A stretch of DNA of 36,563 nt from a virus. A program made the position numbers and the translations under genes. This document shows, piece by piece, positions 9,475-17,514 of this stretch. The stretch is from positions 1 to 36,563 of the IMG/VR virus record IMGVR_UViG_3300029787_000153; one strand, 5' to 3'. The stretch's first letter is position 1. The number at the start of each line of letters is the position of its first letter. The notes beneath the pieces are model-generated. The model was not told the DNA's origin. It saw only the letters and a list, made by a program, of their open reading frames with translations, and made no database searches.

Positions 9475-9680
9475 ATTCGCCTCGATTCATAAAAGTTGCG
9501 GAGCTCCGAGTCAGAGAGATCCGGTTTCTGCTCTTCCATCATCTTCATGACAGGATCCATTTGTGCGGAGTTGTAGAAATCAATCTCCAGGTCGAGGCCT
9601 TTGAAGCGGGCGACGCCCTTGTCGGAAAGATACAGAACCAGGTCTTTCACCTGGTCGGGATTTAATTTTTTAGTTAGCAT
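9471..9680 (-). CDS. Hypothetical protein
   Basis: The track ORF opens at GTG 9689 and the first ATG is at 9680. ATGA overlap with the portal start. Confidence 0.4.
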   Translation of the reverse strand: MLTKKLNPDQVKDLVLYLSDKGVARFKGLDLEIDFYNSAQMDPVMKMMEEQKPDLSDSELRNFYESRRI

Positions 9681-12411
9681 AGGCTGCACGGCCCGCGGCG
9701 CGGGAGCTCAAGTTTTGTTCATATTCATCATCCTGGGCTGCTTTGGTTCCTGCATAGATCGGAGGCAGCGCGACGTAATAAGGTAAACTATCTTTAGCTG
9801 CTTTCTTTAGCTTGTCGGTGAGTTTCATGGTCCAAACTTCATCTCCTTCTTTTCTAATTTTTCCAGTAAATTGACCATCTGGTGACATAAAAGAAGGACC
9901 ATAATCATTTTTAATAATTTCATTTACCCGTTCTTCTGTGCCTCTTGCTATATCCTCATGCCTGCCAAGAGAAGGCTGAAAAATTGAAGCAACGTACTCA
10001 GTGTTTATCTGACCTTTATCAACTTTGGCACCATACTTTTTGCCAAGTTTCTTGGCACGGTCTACCAGGATCTTGTCATAAAATGCGCCCATACCTTCTC
10101 CGCCTACTTCCAATTCTTGACCAACTAATGAGCGCAAAGTCCCTTGTCTTGGTTGTGCTAACAATTTTTCAGTTGCTTCTTTACCTATGATATCAGGCAA
10201 TTCTTCTTCACTTACGCCTGTTCTTTCTATCACTGTTCTATTGCCATCATAGGCTTTTAAATCAGTGCCAGAATAATGTAATTCTGTAATGTGCTTGCTC
10301 AGATCATAACGCTTGGCCTGCTGCTTGCCGGTTGTCCATGCAATCTGATCAAAACCATTGTCAGTTGCCCAGCGGACCATTCGCTTGAGTGCTAATGAAG
10401 TCCATTGATTGGTGTCCATGACAAATGGGGCTTTTGGTGCTTTGTCACTTCCTTCTCTTATTTCTTTAATTTCAAATTCCACTATCTGTTTTTGATTAAA
10501 CAAAACAGCATTATCGGTTTTTAACTGTTTCATTTCAGCCGTTTGTTCCTCGGTTAAGTTTTTTTCTAATATTTCTCTTAACTCTTTTTTTGGAACGACG
10601 TACTCCAATCCATCTGAAGTTTGGAATCTATAATTATATCCATCAGAAGAAAGCAATTGCATTGCGCCCCCCCTAGAAGGTCCTCCAGTGATACCCCTTA
10701 CAAAATCACCTGGTTCTGGGAATTGAAGAAAATTTTCAATTCGGTCCATAATTGGATCTAATTCTTGCTTTATCCTATTGCGCTTCTCATAAAGCTCATT
10801 CAGTTTTGTAGAATCTACTGGATCCTTAAATCCACGTTTACGCCCTGCCTGCGCCCAATCGGATTGGATTTCCTCAATAAATAAAGTTTTGTTACCGTCT
10901 GCATCAACACGCTCATTGAATCGGATATGGGCAACAATATTTTTTTCATCAAAATGACCACTTTTAAAATCTAATCTTTTTTGTTCGTCTACTAGACGCT
11001 GCTCTTCAAATTTAAGATCCTCATATCCGGATGATCTAATGCTTGCATACTGTTCCATCAAAGTTTGATTGATATCACCTTTTCGAGCCATTGCCTTTGA
11101 AACAGGATGATCCGGGAACATTTTAGGGAAATCACTTAAACGATTATCTCCAACCATTATCCTCATTTCAGGTTTTGACTGATCGATCAATTGATTTATC
11201 TGCTTTATTTCATCCTGCAACCTTCGACCGGCAAATAATTTATTTGAAATCTGCTGGGATTTATCAGTAGTTAAACCCATTTCCTCAAGAATTTTACGAG
11301 TATCATCCTGAGAAATTTTCCCGGCAGTGACTTCTTTTACAACATCATAAGCATTGTATTTGTTAAACCCTGTCACACGACTTGGGATTTTAAGCAGAAG
11401 CTCACGGTAGTTTTCACCTCCAGGCAAAGTGTATTCAGCATATTTTGCAGGGTCTTGTATGGGAGGGCGGCCTTTAAAATTTAAAATGTAATCAGAAACA
11501 AGATCACCTAATACTGGATCTCTATTTGTGTCTTCAATAATGTCAGAATATAAATCTGATTCTGATATCGGATCACCTTGCCGATTTACGATTTGACCCT
11601 GCTTTATGTCATAGTCCCGGATCTGCAGCATAAAATCATCAAACCAGCTCAGTTGCGGGTTGTCTACTTTGTAGGTTTTTTGTAAATAATCTTTTAAATC
11701 TCTATAAGATTGTTGGAATAACTCCTCAGATGGAACAGGTCTGCCAAGAACAACCTCCTGCACTTCAATCTGGTTAGCATCTAGGTACAATTCCAATTCA
11801 TCTTTTTCTACAGAACCCTTCTGGGATTTAAGCCAATCTTCTGCACCGGTCCAGGTCAGTTCATCCTGCTTGACGCCCCTTGATTTCAACTGAGAAATCC
11901 ATTGATTTGCTGGCATTTTGTTCTGTTTAACTTCAGAAACTGCTTTAAGGGCTGGAGAACTAAAAACTTTTTGTATCATTCCTGCAGGCAAAGGCACCGG
12001 ATCCACAAATCCTGCCAATAATCGTGCTCTTTCTTCTTCTTCGGTCCCGGTTGTCTTCGGGATATAGCCAATATCCTCCCCGATCTGCTCCATCTGCTTC
12101 GATCCGAGTGCAGGATTCCTGACTCCACGCTGAAATCCCCGGATTCCGAGCGATTCAGGCAAATCATACCCTGCCAGGTCACTCGGCAGCAGCCTTGCGA
12201 GTCCCTCAGCACCATAATCAAGGGCCGATCCTGTCAAATCAGTAAAGGCACCAGGCAAATCCGCATACCAAGCCCTTGCAGACCCTGCTCGAATCGCCTT
12301 TTTTTGCTCTTCTGTCAGCTCAAGGTCCGGAATATCGAACTTTTTATTTTTTTTCTTCTTTTTCCCATTCATTGCAGACCTAGCTGCAACCTGAGACATA
12401 TTTTCTGCCAT
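9670..12411 (-). CDS. Giant (913 aa) protein between terL and portal, possibly a virion-delivered polyvalent-type protein
   Basis: Long uninterrupted ORF with TGATG coupling to terL. Lys-rich N-terminus (GKKKKKNKKF). It contains conserved-looking blocks: YAEYTLPGGENYRELLL, HIRFNERVDADGNKTLFIEEIQSDWAQAGRKRGF, PFVMDTNQWTSLALKRMVRWATDNGFDQIAWTTGKQQAKRYDL and GGEGMGAFYDKILV. No catalytic family recognised. Confidence 0.8.
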   Translation of the reverse strand: MAENMSQVAARSAMNGKKKKKNKKFDIPDLELTEEQKKAIRAGSARAWYADLPGAFTDLTGSALDYGAEGLARLLPSDLAGYDLPESLGIRGFQRGVRNPALGSKQMEQIGEDIGYIPKTTGTEEEERARLLAGFVDPVPLPAGMIQKVFSSPALKAVSEVKQNKMPANQWISQLKSRGVKQDELTWTGAEDWLKSQKGSVEKDELELYLDANQIEVQEVVLGRPVPSEELFQQSYRDLKDYLQKTYKVDNPQLSWFDDFMLQIRDYDIKQGQIVNRQGDPISESDLYSDIIEDTNRDPVLGDLVSDYILNFKGRPPIQDPAKYAEYTLPGGENYRELLLKIPSRVTGFNKYNAYDVVKEVTAGKISQDDTRKILEEMGLTTDKSQQISNKLFAGRRLQDEIKQINQLIDQSKPEMRIMVGDNRLSDFPKMFPDHPVSKAMARKGDINQTLMEQYASIRSSGYEDLKFEEQRLVDEQKRLDFKSGHFDEKNIVAHIRFNERVDADGNKTLFIEEIQSDWAQAGRKRGFKDPVDSTKLNELYEKRNRIKQELDPIMDRIENFLQFPEPGDFVRGITGGPSRGGAMQLLSSDGYNYRFQTSDGLEYVVPKKELREILEKNLTEEQTAEMKQLKTDNAVLFNQKQIVEFEIKEIREGSDKAPKAPFVMDTNQWTSLALKRMVRWATDNGFDQIAWTTGKQQAKRYDLSKHITELHYSGTDLKAYDGNRTVIERTGVSEEELPDIIGKEATEKLLAQPRQGTLRSLVGQELEVGGEGMGAFYDKILVDRAKKLGKKYGAKVDKGQINTEYVASIFQPSLGRHEDIARGTEERVNEIIKNDYGPSFMSPDGQFTGKIRKEGDEVWTMKLTDKLKKAAKDSLPYYVALPPIYAGTKAAQDDEYEQNLSSRAAGRAAYAN

Positions 12412-13928
12412 CAGTGTCCTCCCATTACCGGATCATGTCCCGAAGTTTCCCACCAAGGCACGTCTTGATCTCCCACCAATGCCAATGCACTCTCCTCCAT
12501 ACGCTTCTCCTCAGCTCTGAACCATTCCGGGGAGTTGAATTTGATTGCTTCCGACTCTGGTGTATGGAGATAACCCAGGCTCTCACGCCATACATACAGC
12601 ATCGCATCTGCCGCGTGATTCTCGCAGTCTGATCTCTCAACATACTTACCCTTCTGACGCTCCATCGGGTCCCATTCCAGCAGCTCCAGTTCGTCCACAA
12701 GGCAGCGAGTTTCTGGATTATCCACAATGAGAAATTTGCCCTTCTTGAAGTCTGAGTTGAGGAGCTCGATATGGTCATGTTTCTTGGATTTTTCTGCAGG
12801 AGTGATGGAAAGTGAATACCTCTTGTTGATTTCTTCAATGATCATCTTGCCCAAGGCACCAGTGTCCGCGCACATTCGATCAAAATTGTATTCTGCATCC
12901 AGCTGATGCACCTTCCTCGCAATATCATCCGACGTGTATCCCTGGTGCTTTTCTGCATGGATCACATACGTCTCGGCTACATCCTCACTCCACGCAACCA
13001 CGATGAACGCCGTGCTGTCGACGAACCCCAAGTCAATGCCGAGGGCAGTCTGCCAGGTCTCATCGGGTAATTCATCGACCAGATTTCTCTTTCTGGAAAA
13101 TCGATATACCAGCGTGTTTTCATCCCGGGTCCACTCTCCTAAATATTCTCGACGGTAGGTCGGATTTTCATCATCCCAGCCATTCTCCTCGATAGCTCGC
13201 TCCAGCCATGCCTTAGCCCCTGGCAGATGCGGGTTCTCCAAGAGGGTCCAATAGTGGGACTCGAAGGGAGATCGCTTGAGTTGGTCCGCGTCGTAGAAAT
13301 AACCCGAGCAAGTAGCAGACGGCGTTCCACACAACCACAACTCTCCATCATGGTCCAGGAGAGCTGCTTCGAGGACGTCGTTGACAAGAGTCTCAAGTAT
13401 TGAAGTTTTGATACTTTGAGCTTCATCGATGATCACCCTGGAATATGCAGGCCCCCGGAATTTGTCCACCTCTCCAGGATCCTGACAACCTCCCAAAATG
13501 ATCTGACTGCCATTCGGCAACTTCACCGTCAACTGGTTTTCCAAAAACTCCATGCCCATTGCCCACTGGCGTTCGAGCTCCCTCAATGTTGACCATAAAA
13601 TCCTTCTCGCATTTTTGATACTCAATGTGATGTATGGAACCAGGATCCCCGGCGTCCGGACTGCTGCATCGATCAAACCGATCGCGCTCAGATGAGTCTT
13701 GCCTGCACGACGCGAACACCTCGCGACGCGCTTCTTGGCATCGCTATGGAAAAACTTCAGCTGATTCTCATGCAAGCTCCCGATCATCTGACCGAGAACC
13801 AGCTCCAGCTGCTGCTGCTTCTCCTTACGAGCTCTTATCCTTTTTACGGCCTCTTCCGCTAGAGCCCTTTGCTCCTTGCTCCACTGAAGATCCGCTCGTC
13901 TTGCTCTTTTTTTCGGCTGACCGGCCAT
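12411..13928 (-). CDS. terL: Terminase large subunit
   Basis: Walker A-like RRAGKTH, Walker B-like RVIIDEAQ, and a nuclease-domain block GIDLGFVDSTAFIVVAW...ENHAADAMLY. The ORF is open to 13979, but the ATG at 13928 has an AAGGAAA SD, so the start is uncertain. Confidence 0.9.
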   Translation of the reverse strand: MAGQPKKRARRADLQWSKEQRALAEEAVKRIRARKEKQQQLELVLGQMIGSLHENQLKFFHSDAKKRVARCSRRAGKTHLSAIGLIDAAVRTPGILVPYITLSIKNARRILWSTLRELERQWAMGMEFLENQLTVKLPNGSQIILGGCQDPGEVDKFRGPAYSRVIIDEAQSIKTSILETLVNDVLEAALLDHDGELWLCGTPSATCSGYFYDADQLKRSPFESHYWTLLENPHLPGAKAWLERAIEENGWDDENPTYRREYLGEWTRDENTLVYRFSRKRNLVDELPDETWQTALGIDLGFVDSTAFIVVAWSEDVAETYVIHAEKHQGYTSDDIARKVHQLDAEYNFDRMCADTGALGKMIIEEINKRYSLSITPAEKSKKHDHIELLNSDFKKGKFLIVDNPETRCLVDELELLEWDPMERQKGKYVERSDCENHAADAMLYVWRESLGYLHTPESEAIKFNSPEWFRAEEKRMEESALALVGDQDVPWWETSGHDPVMGGH

Positions 13929-14151
13929 CCATTTCCTTTGCCATCCGCGCTGCTTCTGCTGTCTCATAACACGCAACATTCGCAGCAGTGATCACTTTCA
14001 AAACCGTCTTCTTGCCATCATGAATCGAGACCGTCACCGATCCATCATCTTCCAGCTCAAGTTTGGTATTTACATCATCCCGGAGACGCACTGCAACTCC
14101 ATGCAGCGGCACCTGGACGCCTTTGATCAAATCAATGTTTTCAAGTTTCAT
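13825..14151 (-). CDS. Hypothetical protein (its 3' end overlaps the terL 5' end)
   Basis: The track ORF opens at GTG 14196. The ATG at 14151 has an AAGGA SD with a 5-nt spacer. K/S/G-rich tail. It overlaps terL by about 100 nt in another frame. Confidence 0.45.
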   Translation of the reverse strand: MKLENIDLIKGVQVPLHGVAVRLRDDVNTKLELEDDGSVTVSIHDGKKTVLKVITAANVACYETAEAARMAKEMDGRSAEKKSKTSGSSVEQGAKGSSGRGRKKDKSS

Positions 14152-14192
14152 TTTTATCCTTTTGTAATCTCTCCAATCACCATCAACAAAAT

Positions 14193-14348
14193 TCACTTTT
14201 TCTTTTTTGCTGTTTTTGCTGACTGCTTAAAAGCCTTTGCCGTCGGAGCTCCCTTCGAACCTACCTTCCGCATCTTCTCCCCGGATCCGCCTTTGATCCG
14301 TTTCCGCTTTGCATGAATGTTTGAGTACAATCCTTTTTTTGCTGCCAT
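14193..14348 (-). CDS. Small basic protein (51 aa)
   Basis: The ATG at 14348 forms a TAATG overlap with the GNAT stop. Sequence is MAAKKGLYSNIHAKRKRIKGGSGEKMRKVGSKGAPTAKAFKQSAKTAKKKK. I have seen the LY.NIHAKRKR...GEKMRK.G.KGAPT pattern in other phages, but I cannot name the family. Confidence 0.55.
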   Translation of the reverse strand: MAAKKGLYSNIHAKRKRIKGGSGEKMRKVGSKGAPTAKAFKQSAKTAKKKK

Positions 14349-14896
14349 TAGATCATCATCCGATAAGGGTTCCACCTCCATTTCACATTCGGCCACGCCT
14401 TGAACAGACCCTCCGTTCGATGGCTCACGACCACTGGGTGATTCTCGATCTGAGACCAACAACCATTGCAGCGATCAAATGCTTCCTCCATCAACCTGGT
14501 TCCTATGCCCATCCTCCGGAATGCTCCCTTCACATAGACGAAGTGCAGCACCGGATCCACCTGGTCGAAGGCAACATAGCCCCAGATCACGTCGGTGTCT
14601 TCAGGGTCACACGCGACTAAAAGCGTACAATTCGTTAGGATTTTTTTGAGGATTATGTCGTGGTAGTACAAGGATAGGGATGGGGGTATGGGGGTCCTGG
14701 CCACCCCCCGCCGCCCGACCTCGACGCGCCAGATCGGATCCCTGGCTACGGCTCTGTTCCAGCTGTCCAAGACAAAGCCTGTCTCTCTGCCGCCCAGCTC
14801 CAGCGGTCTGATCAGCAGCTCTGCCCCGGGTTGCTGGTTAATTACCAGCGACCGCGTCTCGGGAACCATTGCAATTGCTGGGCTCGCGGCGATCAT
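14348..14896 (-). CDS. GNAT-family N-acetyltransferase
   Basis: LLVACDPEDTDVIWGYVAFDQ...LHFVYVKGAFRRMGIGTRLMEEAF contains the GNAT motif A (R-x-x-G-x-G). Confidence 0.55.
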   Translation of the reverse strand: MIAASPAIAMVPETRSLVINQQPGAELLIRPLELGGRETGFVLDSWNRAVARDPIWRVEVGRRGVARTPIPPSLSLYYHDIILKKILTNCTLLVACDPEDTDVIWGYVAFDQVDPVLHFVYVKGAFRRMGIGTRLMEEAFDRCNGCWSQIENHPVVVSHRTEGLFKAWPNVKWRWNPYRMMI

Positions 14897-14899
14897 GGC

Positions 14900-15334
14900 T
14901 TATGAGTTTGCGTTTGGGTTTGCGTCTTGCTCGAGAAATCCACCGAGCGCGTTGGTCATGGCAGGATCCTGTCGAATCTCATCGAGCAGCTGCGAGTCGG
15001 AGAGTCTGCCGAGGTTCACGTTGACCAGTGGCTGCTGCCGCTCGGACCAGGACTCCGGGCTCAAGTTCTTGAGGGCGAAGATCTGGGCTTGGACGCTGCC
15101 CTTTTCCGAGGCCTCCAGGAGGGAGGAACTCAGCGCCCCAATCGTCTTTGCGCGCCCGCGTGTTATAGCTTCCTGAATCTCAGGATGGTTCTGTTTCTTC
15201 TCGCTGAGTGTCGTTGCGGCAATGCCGAGGATCGCAGCGATCTGTTCCTGAGTGAGCCCGAGCTTTGCGTGGTGCTCGATTCGATTTATGACTGACTTGG
15301 TGATCTTGAATTCAGGCTGAGGCATCGCATCCAT
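14900..15334 (-). CDS. terS: Terminase small subunit (HTH type)
   Basis: GLTQEQIAAILGIAATTLSE...AITRGRAKTIGALSSSLLE...GSVQAQIFALKNLSPESWSE matches the HTH plus 'a.IF.LKN....W.d' pattern of small terminases. It lies upstream of terL. Confidence 0.55.
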   Translation of the reverse strand: MDAMPQPEFKITKSVINRIEHHAKLGLTQEQIAAILGIAATTLSEKKQNHPEIQEAITRGRAKTIGALSSSLLEASEKGSVQAQIFALKNLSPESWSERQQPLVNVNLGRLSDSQLLDEIRQDPAMTNALGGFLEQDANPNANS

Positions 15335-15361
15335 GTGATGGCTTGAGTGATCATGCTGATC

Positions 15362-15390
15362 AATATCTGGAAACCAATCTCATAAGTCAA
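15362..15390 (-). promoter_or_regulatory. Candidate sigma70-type promoter for the packaging/late operon
   Basis: The minus strand reads TTGACT (15390..15385), a 17-nt spacer, then GATATT (15367..15362), in the 59-nt gap upstream of terS. Confidence 0.3.
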
Positions 15391-15393
15391 ACA

Positions 15394-15576
15394 TTAATTT
15401 GCGCCAGCGAGAAAATCTTCGAGCTGCTGTTCGGTGAAAATATATTCCTTGCCTGGTTTCGAGTGGGAGATCTTTTCACGTCTGCAGTAATCTCTGAGGG
15501 TTCTTGCGGTGAGCGGATAACCTCGAAGGGCTAAATGCTGAACAGCTTCCGGGATCTTAAAATATTTCTGGTTCAT
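15394..15576 (-). CDS. Excisionase/MerR-type (HTH_17-like) DNA-binding protein, a candidate excisionase or regulator
   Basis: 60 aa: IPEAVQHLALRGYPLTARTLRDYCRREKISHSKPGKEYIFTEQQLEDFL fits the small winged-HTH excisionase-family layout. ATGA overlap with the upstream gene. Confidence 0.5.
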   Translation of the reverse strand: MNQKYFKIPEAVQHLALRGYPLTARTLRDYCRREKISHSKPGKEYIFTEQQLEDFLAGAN

Positions 15577-16217
15577 GGGTTCTCCGTTGAAAACAATTCG
15601 ACGGCTTCAGTGTAATGCAGACCCAGCCGCCATGAGTCTTTTATATCGTTGTCTGCGATGTTGGGGCATCCATCTTTGACATAGAGTTTGTAGAGGCCAA
15701 AATTATCAACTCCACAACCATTTAAATTTTCATGCGCGCCCGCGCTTTTAATATTTTCTTTTTTCTCTTTATTTAACTTATTACCTTTATTCTGTTGTGG
15801 TGAGCTGTTGGTCAGCTGTTGGTTAGCTGTTGGCGGATGCTTGGTTAGCTCTTGGTCAGTTGCTTGGTTACGGATTTTTTCCCAATCCTGCCAATCGTTG
15901 AAATTAGTGATCTCAATGAGGGTCCCTGCTCGGCTACTTGATAGGTTAATCATTGTGCAGCTTTCGAGCACCTTTCGGGCAGTTCGTAGGTTAGACCGTG
16001 TGCAGCCCAATTTCGCCATTTCCTTCGCAATCGACGTGATAAATGATCCACGTTTGAGCATAAATTCACCCCCATTCCAGTACACGTTGTGATCCTTCCA
16101 GGCTGCTTCCTCGAGACAATGAATCCAATAGTTCCAGACCAGTGGATTTGATCTCAGGTGATGCTTTCTCGATTCACGATGGTAAAGAATCCAGCCTTCC
16201 GATGGCGTCTTCTTCAT
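15573..16217 (-). CDS. Replication-initiator-like wHTH protein (DnaD/phage O-like organiser)
   Basis: The N-terminal ~110 aa (W...L.RGSFITSIAKEMAKLGCTRSNLRTARKVLESCTMINL...GTLIEITNFNDWQ) follows the pattern of phage replication/DnaD-like wHTH proteins. A low-complexity linker is encoded by 11-bp DNA repeats. Confidence 0.45.
   Translation of the reverse strand: MKKTPSEGWILYHRESRKHHLRSNPLVWNYWIHCLEEAAWKDHNVYWNGGEFMLKRGSFITSIAKEMAKLGCTRSNLRTARKVLESCTMINLSSSRAGTLIEITNFNDWQDWEKIRNQATDQELTKHPPTANQQLTNSSPQQNKGNKLNKEKKENIKSAGAHENLNGCGVDNFGLYKLYVKDGCPNIADNDIKDSWRLGLHYTEAVELFSTENP
15791..15869. repeat. About seven tandem 10-12-bp units (AGCTGTTGGTY), candidate origin iterons inside the initiator-like gene
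   Basis: tctgttgtggtg agctgttggtc agctgttggtt agctgttggcgg atgcttggtt agctcttggtc agttgcttggtt. Immediately adjacent is a very AT-rich tract (15743..15795). Confidence 0.5.
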
Positions 16218-16486
16218 TAGAATAATTTCAGTTGTCTTGGATCGTTGTATTCGTTTTCCTTCATGGTGACATGAGCCTGCTTGGCTCGATCAGATCGGAC
16301 TGCAATATCCTCAAATGCTTTACATCCGGTTGGACCTGGTTCGCCGTCGATCCATATCTGATACCACTCGGGAGCTGAACCAAATGCCCATGCATAAAGA
16401 TCAATCTGCTTGCGGCATCCTTCGCCATCAAATTTCTTCCAATAAATATAATGAGCGCATCGATGGCAGTGTTTGGCTTCAAACAT
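16217..16486 (-). CDS. Hypothetical Cys/His-rich protein (89 aa)
   Basis: The internal ATG at 16486 (MFEAKHCHRCAHYIYW...) avoids overlap with the upstream gene. TAATG coupling to the downstream gene. Confidence 0.45.
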   Translation of the reverse strand: MFEAKHCHRCAHYIYWKKFDGEGCRKQIDLYAWAFGSAPEWYQIWIDGEPGPTGCKAFEDIAVRSDRAKQAHVTMKENEYNDPRQLKLF

Positions 16487-16520
16487 AGCTGCTTCACTTC
16501 CATTGCTGATCTCAAGTTTT

Positions 16521-16709
16521 TTAGTTTTCTTTATCACTCTTCTCTTTCTCCCGGGACTCAATGATCCCGAGATAATCATCGACCTTCTTTTCTGCAACAT
16601 CCCTGAGCTTGTAGAATGATGGAGCTCTGCCGAATTTGCAGCGCGTCTGAGCTTTCCGCATTTCAATCACCAGGTTCAGAAACTCGTCACCATATTTTCC
16701 ATATTTCAT
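16521..16709 (-). CDS. Hypothetical protein (62 aa)
   Basis: The ATG at 16709 forms an ATGA overlap with the stop of 16706..17143. The longer track ORF (to 16778) would be nested inside that gene. Confidence 0.4.
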   Translation of the reverse strand: MKYGKYGDEFLNLVIEMRKAQTRCKFGRAPSFYKLRDVAEKKVDDYLGIIESREKEKSDKEN

Positions 16710-17143
16710 CTTTGTCTTTCTCCAGGTAAGGATTCGCCTCCGGTATCCGGTGGCAGCTGCGCCTTGACGTCGATCCATTCCCAGGTGCCGTCAGGATGAT
16801 CATGTCGGATCTTGCCTTTGTTCCATCCGCCGCCGTTTCGTCCCAGGCGTTCAGCTCCGACCTTCTTGCCTTTATGCCATGGAATATTTCCAGGCTTGTA
16901 CCCAATCTTAGGATGGTCCTTGTTTCTTTTAACCAGCAGGCATCCGCATGACCTGGTTTTATGCTTGCCGGTGGAATTGTAAACAGCAGCATATCGGATC
17001 CTTTTTTCATTCCCGCATCGGCATCTGAATAAATACCAGGTGCATGAATACGGCTCGGTTTGGTGCTCTAACCAGCGGATCGGCGTCAACCAGCTGTCCG
17101 GTGCCTCAACTCCCAGCCTGACTTTGCTTTTCTCGTTCCTCAT
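16706..17143 (-). CDS. Zn-ribbon + NUMOD3-like DNA-binding protein (homing-endonuclease-associated motifs, no nuclease domain seen)
   Basis: The start is reassigned to ATG 17143 (GCAAGGAAACACTAAAGATG). It contains a CRCGNEKRI...GKHKTRSCGC zinc motif and two NUMOD3-like repeats, GNIPWHKGKK and GGWNKGK. Confidence 0.4.
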   Translation of the reverse strand: MRNEKSKVRLGVEAPDSWLTPIRWLEHQTEPYSCTWYLFRCRCGNEKRIRYAAVYNSTGKHKTRSCGCLLVKRNKDHPKIGYKPGNIPWHKGKKVGAERLGRNGGGWNKGKIRHDHPDGTWEWIDVKAQLPPDTGGESLPGERQR

Positions 17144-17150
17144 CTTTAGT

Positions 17151-17415
17151 GTTTCCTTGCTTTGTCGAGTCAGGCACCGCTTCGCATCGCCCTTCCCAGT
17201 CCCGCATGGCTCCGTCATGCCTCGGTTAAAATCCGTTTGTTTCCTTGCCTTGACAAGCATGGCCCCGCATAGCCTAGTCAGGCCGAAGCTTGCCTCGATT
17301 TAAAATTCGTTTAATCCTTGCCTTGTCAGGCGTTGCCTAGCCCCGAGTTGTCATGTCGCGCTCGACCTAGTCACGCATCGCCTTGGGTTAAAATCTTTTG
17401 TTTCCTTGCTTTGTC
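17151..17415. repeat. Diverged ~80-bp tandem repeats (4 units) with a conserved 16-mer core GTTTCCTTGCYTTGTC
   Basis: Cores start at 17151, 17239, 17312 (variant TAATCCTTGCCTTGTC) and 17400. Units 2-4 also share GGTTAAAATC/GATTTAAAATTC just upstream. The GC-rich inter-core segments share the words GTCAGGC, CGCATNGC and CCTAGYC. Confidence 0.85.
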
Positions 17416-17514
17416 TCGCACGGCCTCGTCAGGCATAGTCGCGCAGCGTCAAGCGTTGCGTCGCATGGCATTGTCAAGTCGTGCAGTGACCCGCTTCGCC
17501 AAGCCCATCCCGGC

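Noticed and set aside
14677-14700. G-quadruplex motif (GGGatGGGGGtatGGGGGtcctGG) inside the GNAT gene
   Set aside because: Only three G runs of 3 or more are present, plus a GG. It lies on the non-coding strand of an ordinary coding region (encoding RTPIPPSL) and has no positional rationale.
17221-17415. CRISPR mini-array reading of the early-region repeats (~34-nt repeat with 39-54-nt 'spacers')
   Set aside because: The repeat copies are only about 75-85% identical to each other. Their spacing is irregular. The 'spacers' are themselves related to one another (shared GTCAGGC, CGCATNGC and CCTAGYC words). No cas genes or leader are present. It behaves like a diverged tandem duplication, not a CRISPR array. 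A solitary-repeat-unit mimic remains only a speculative option in the finding.
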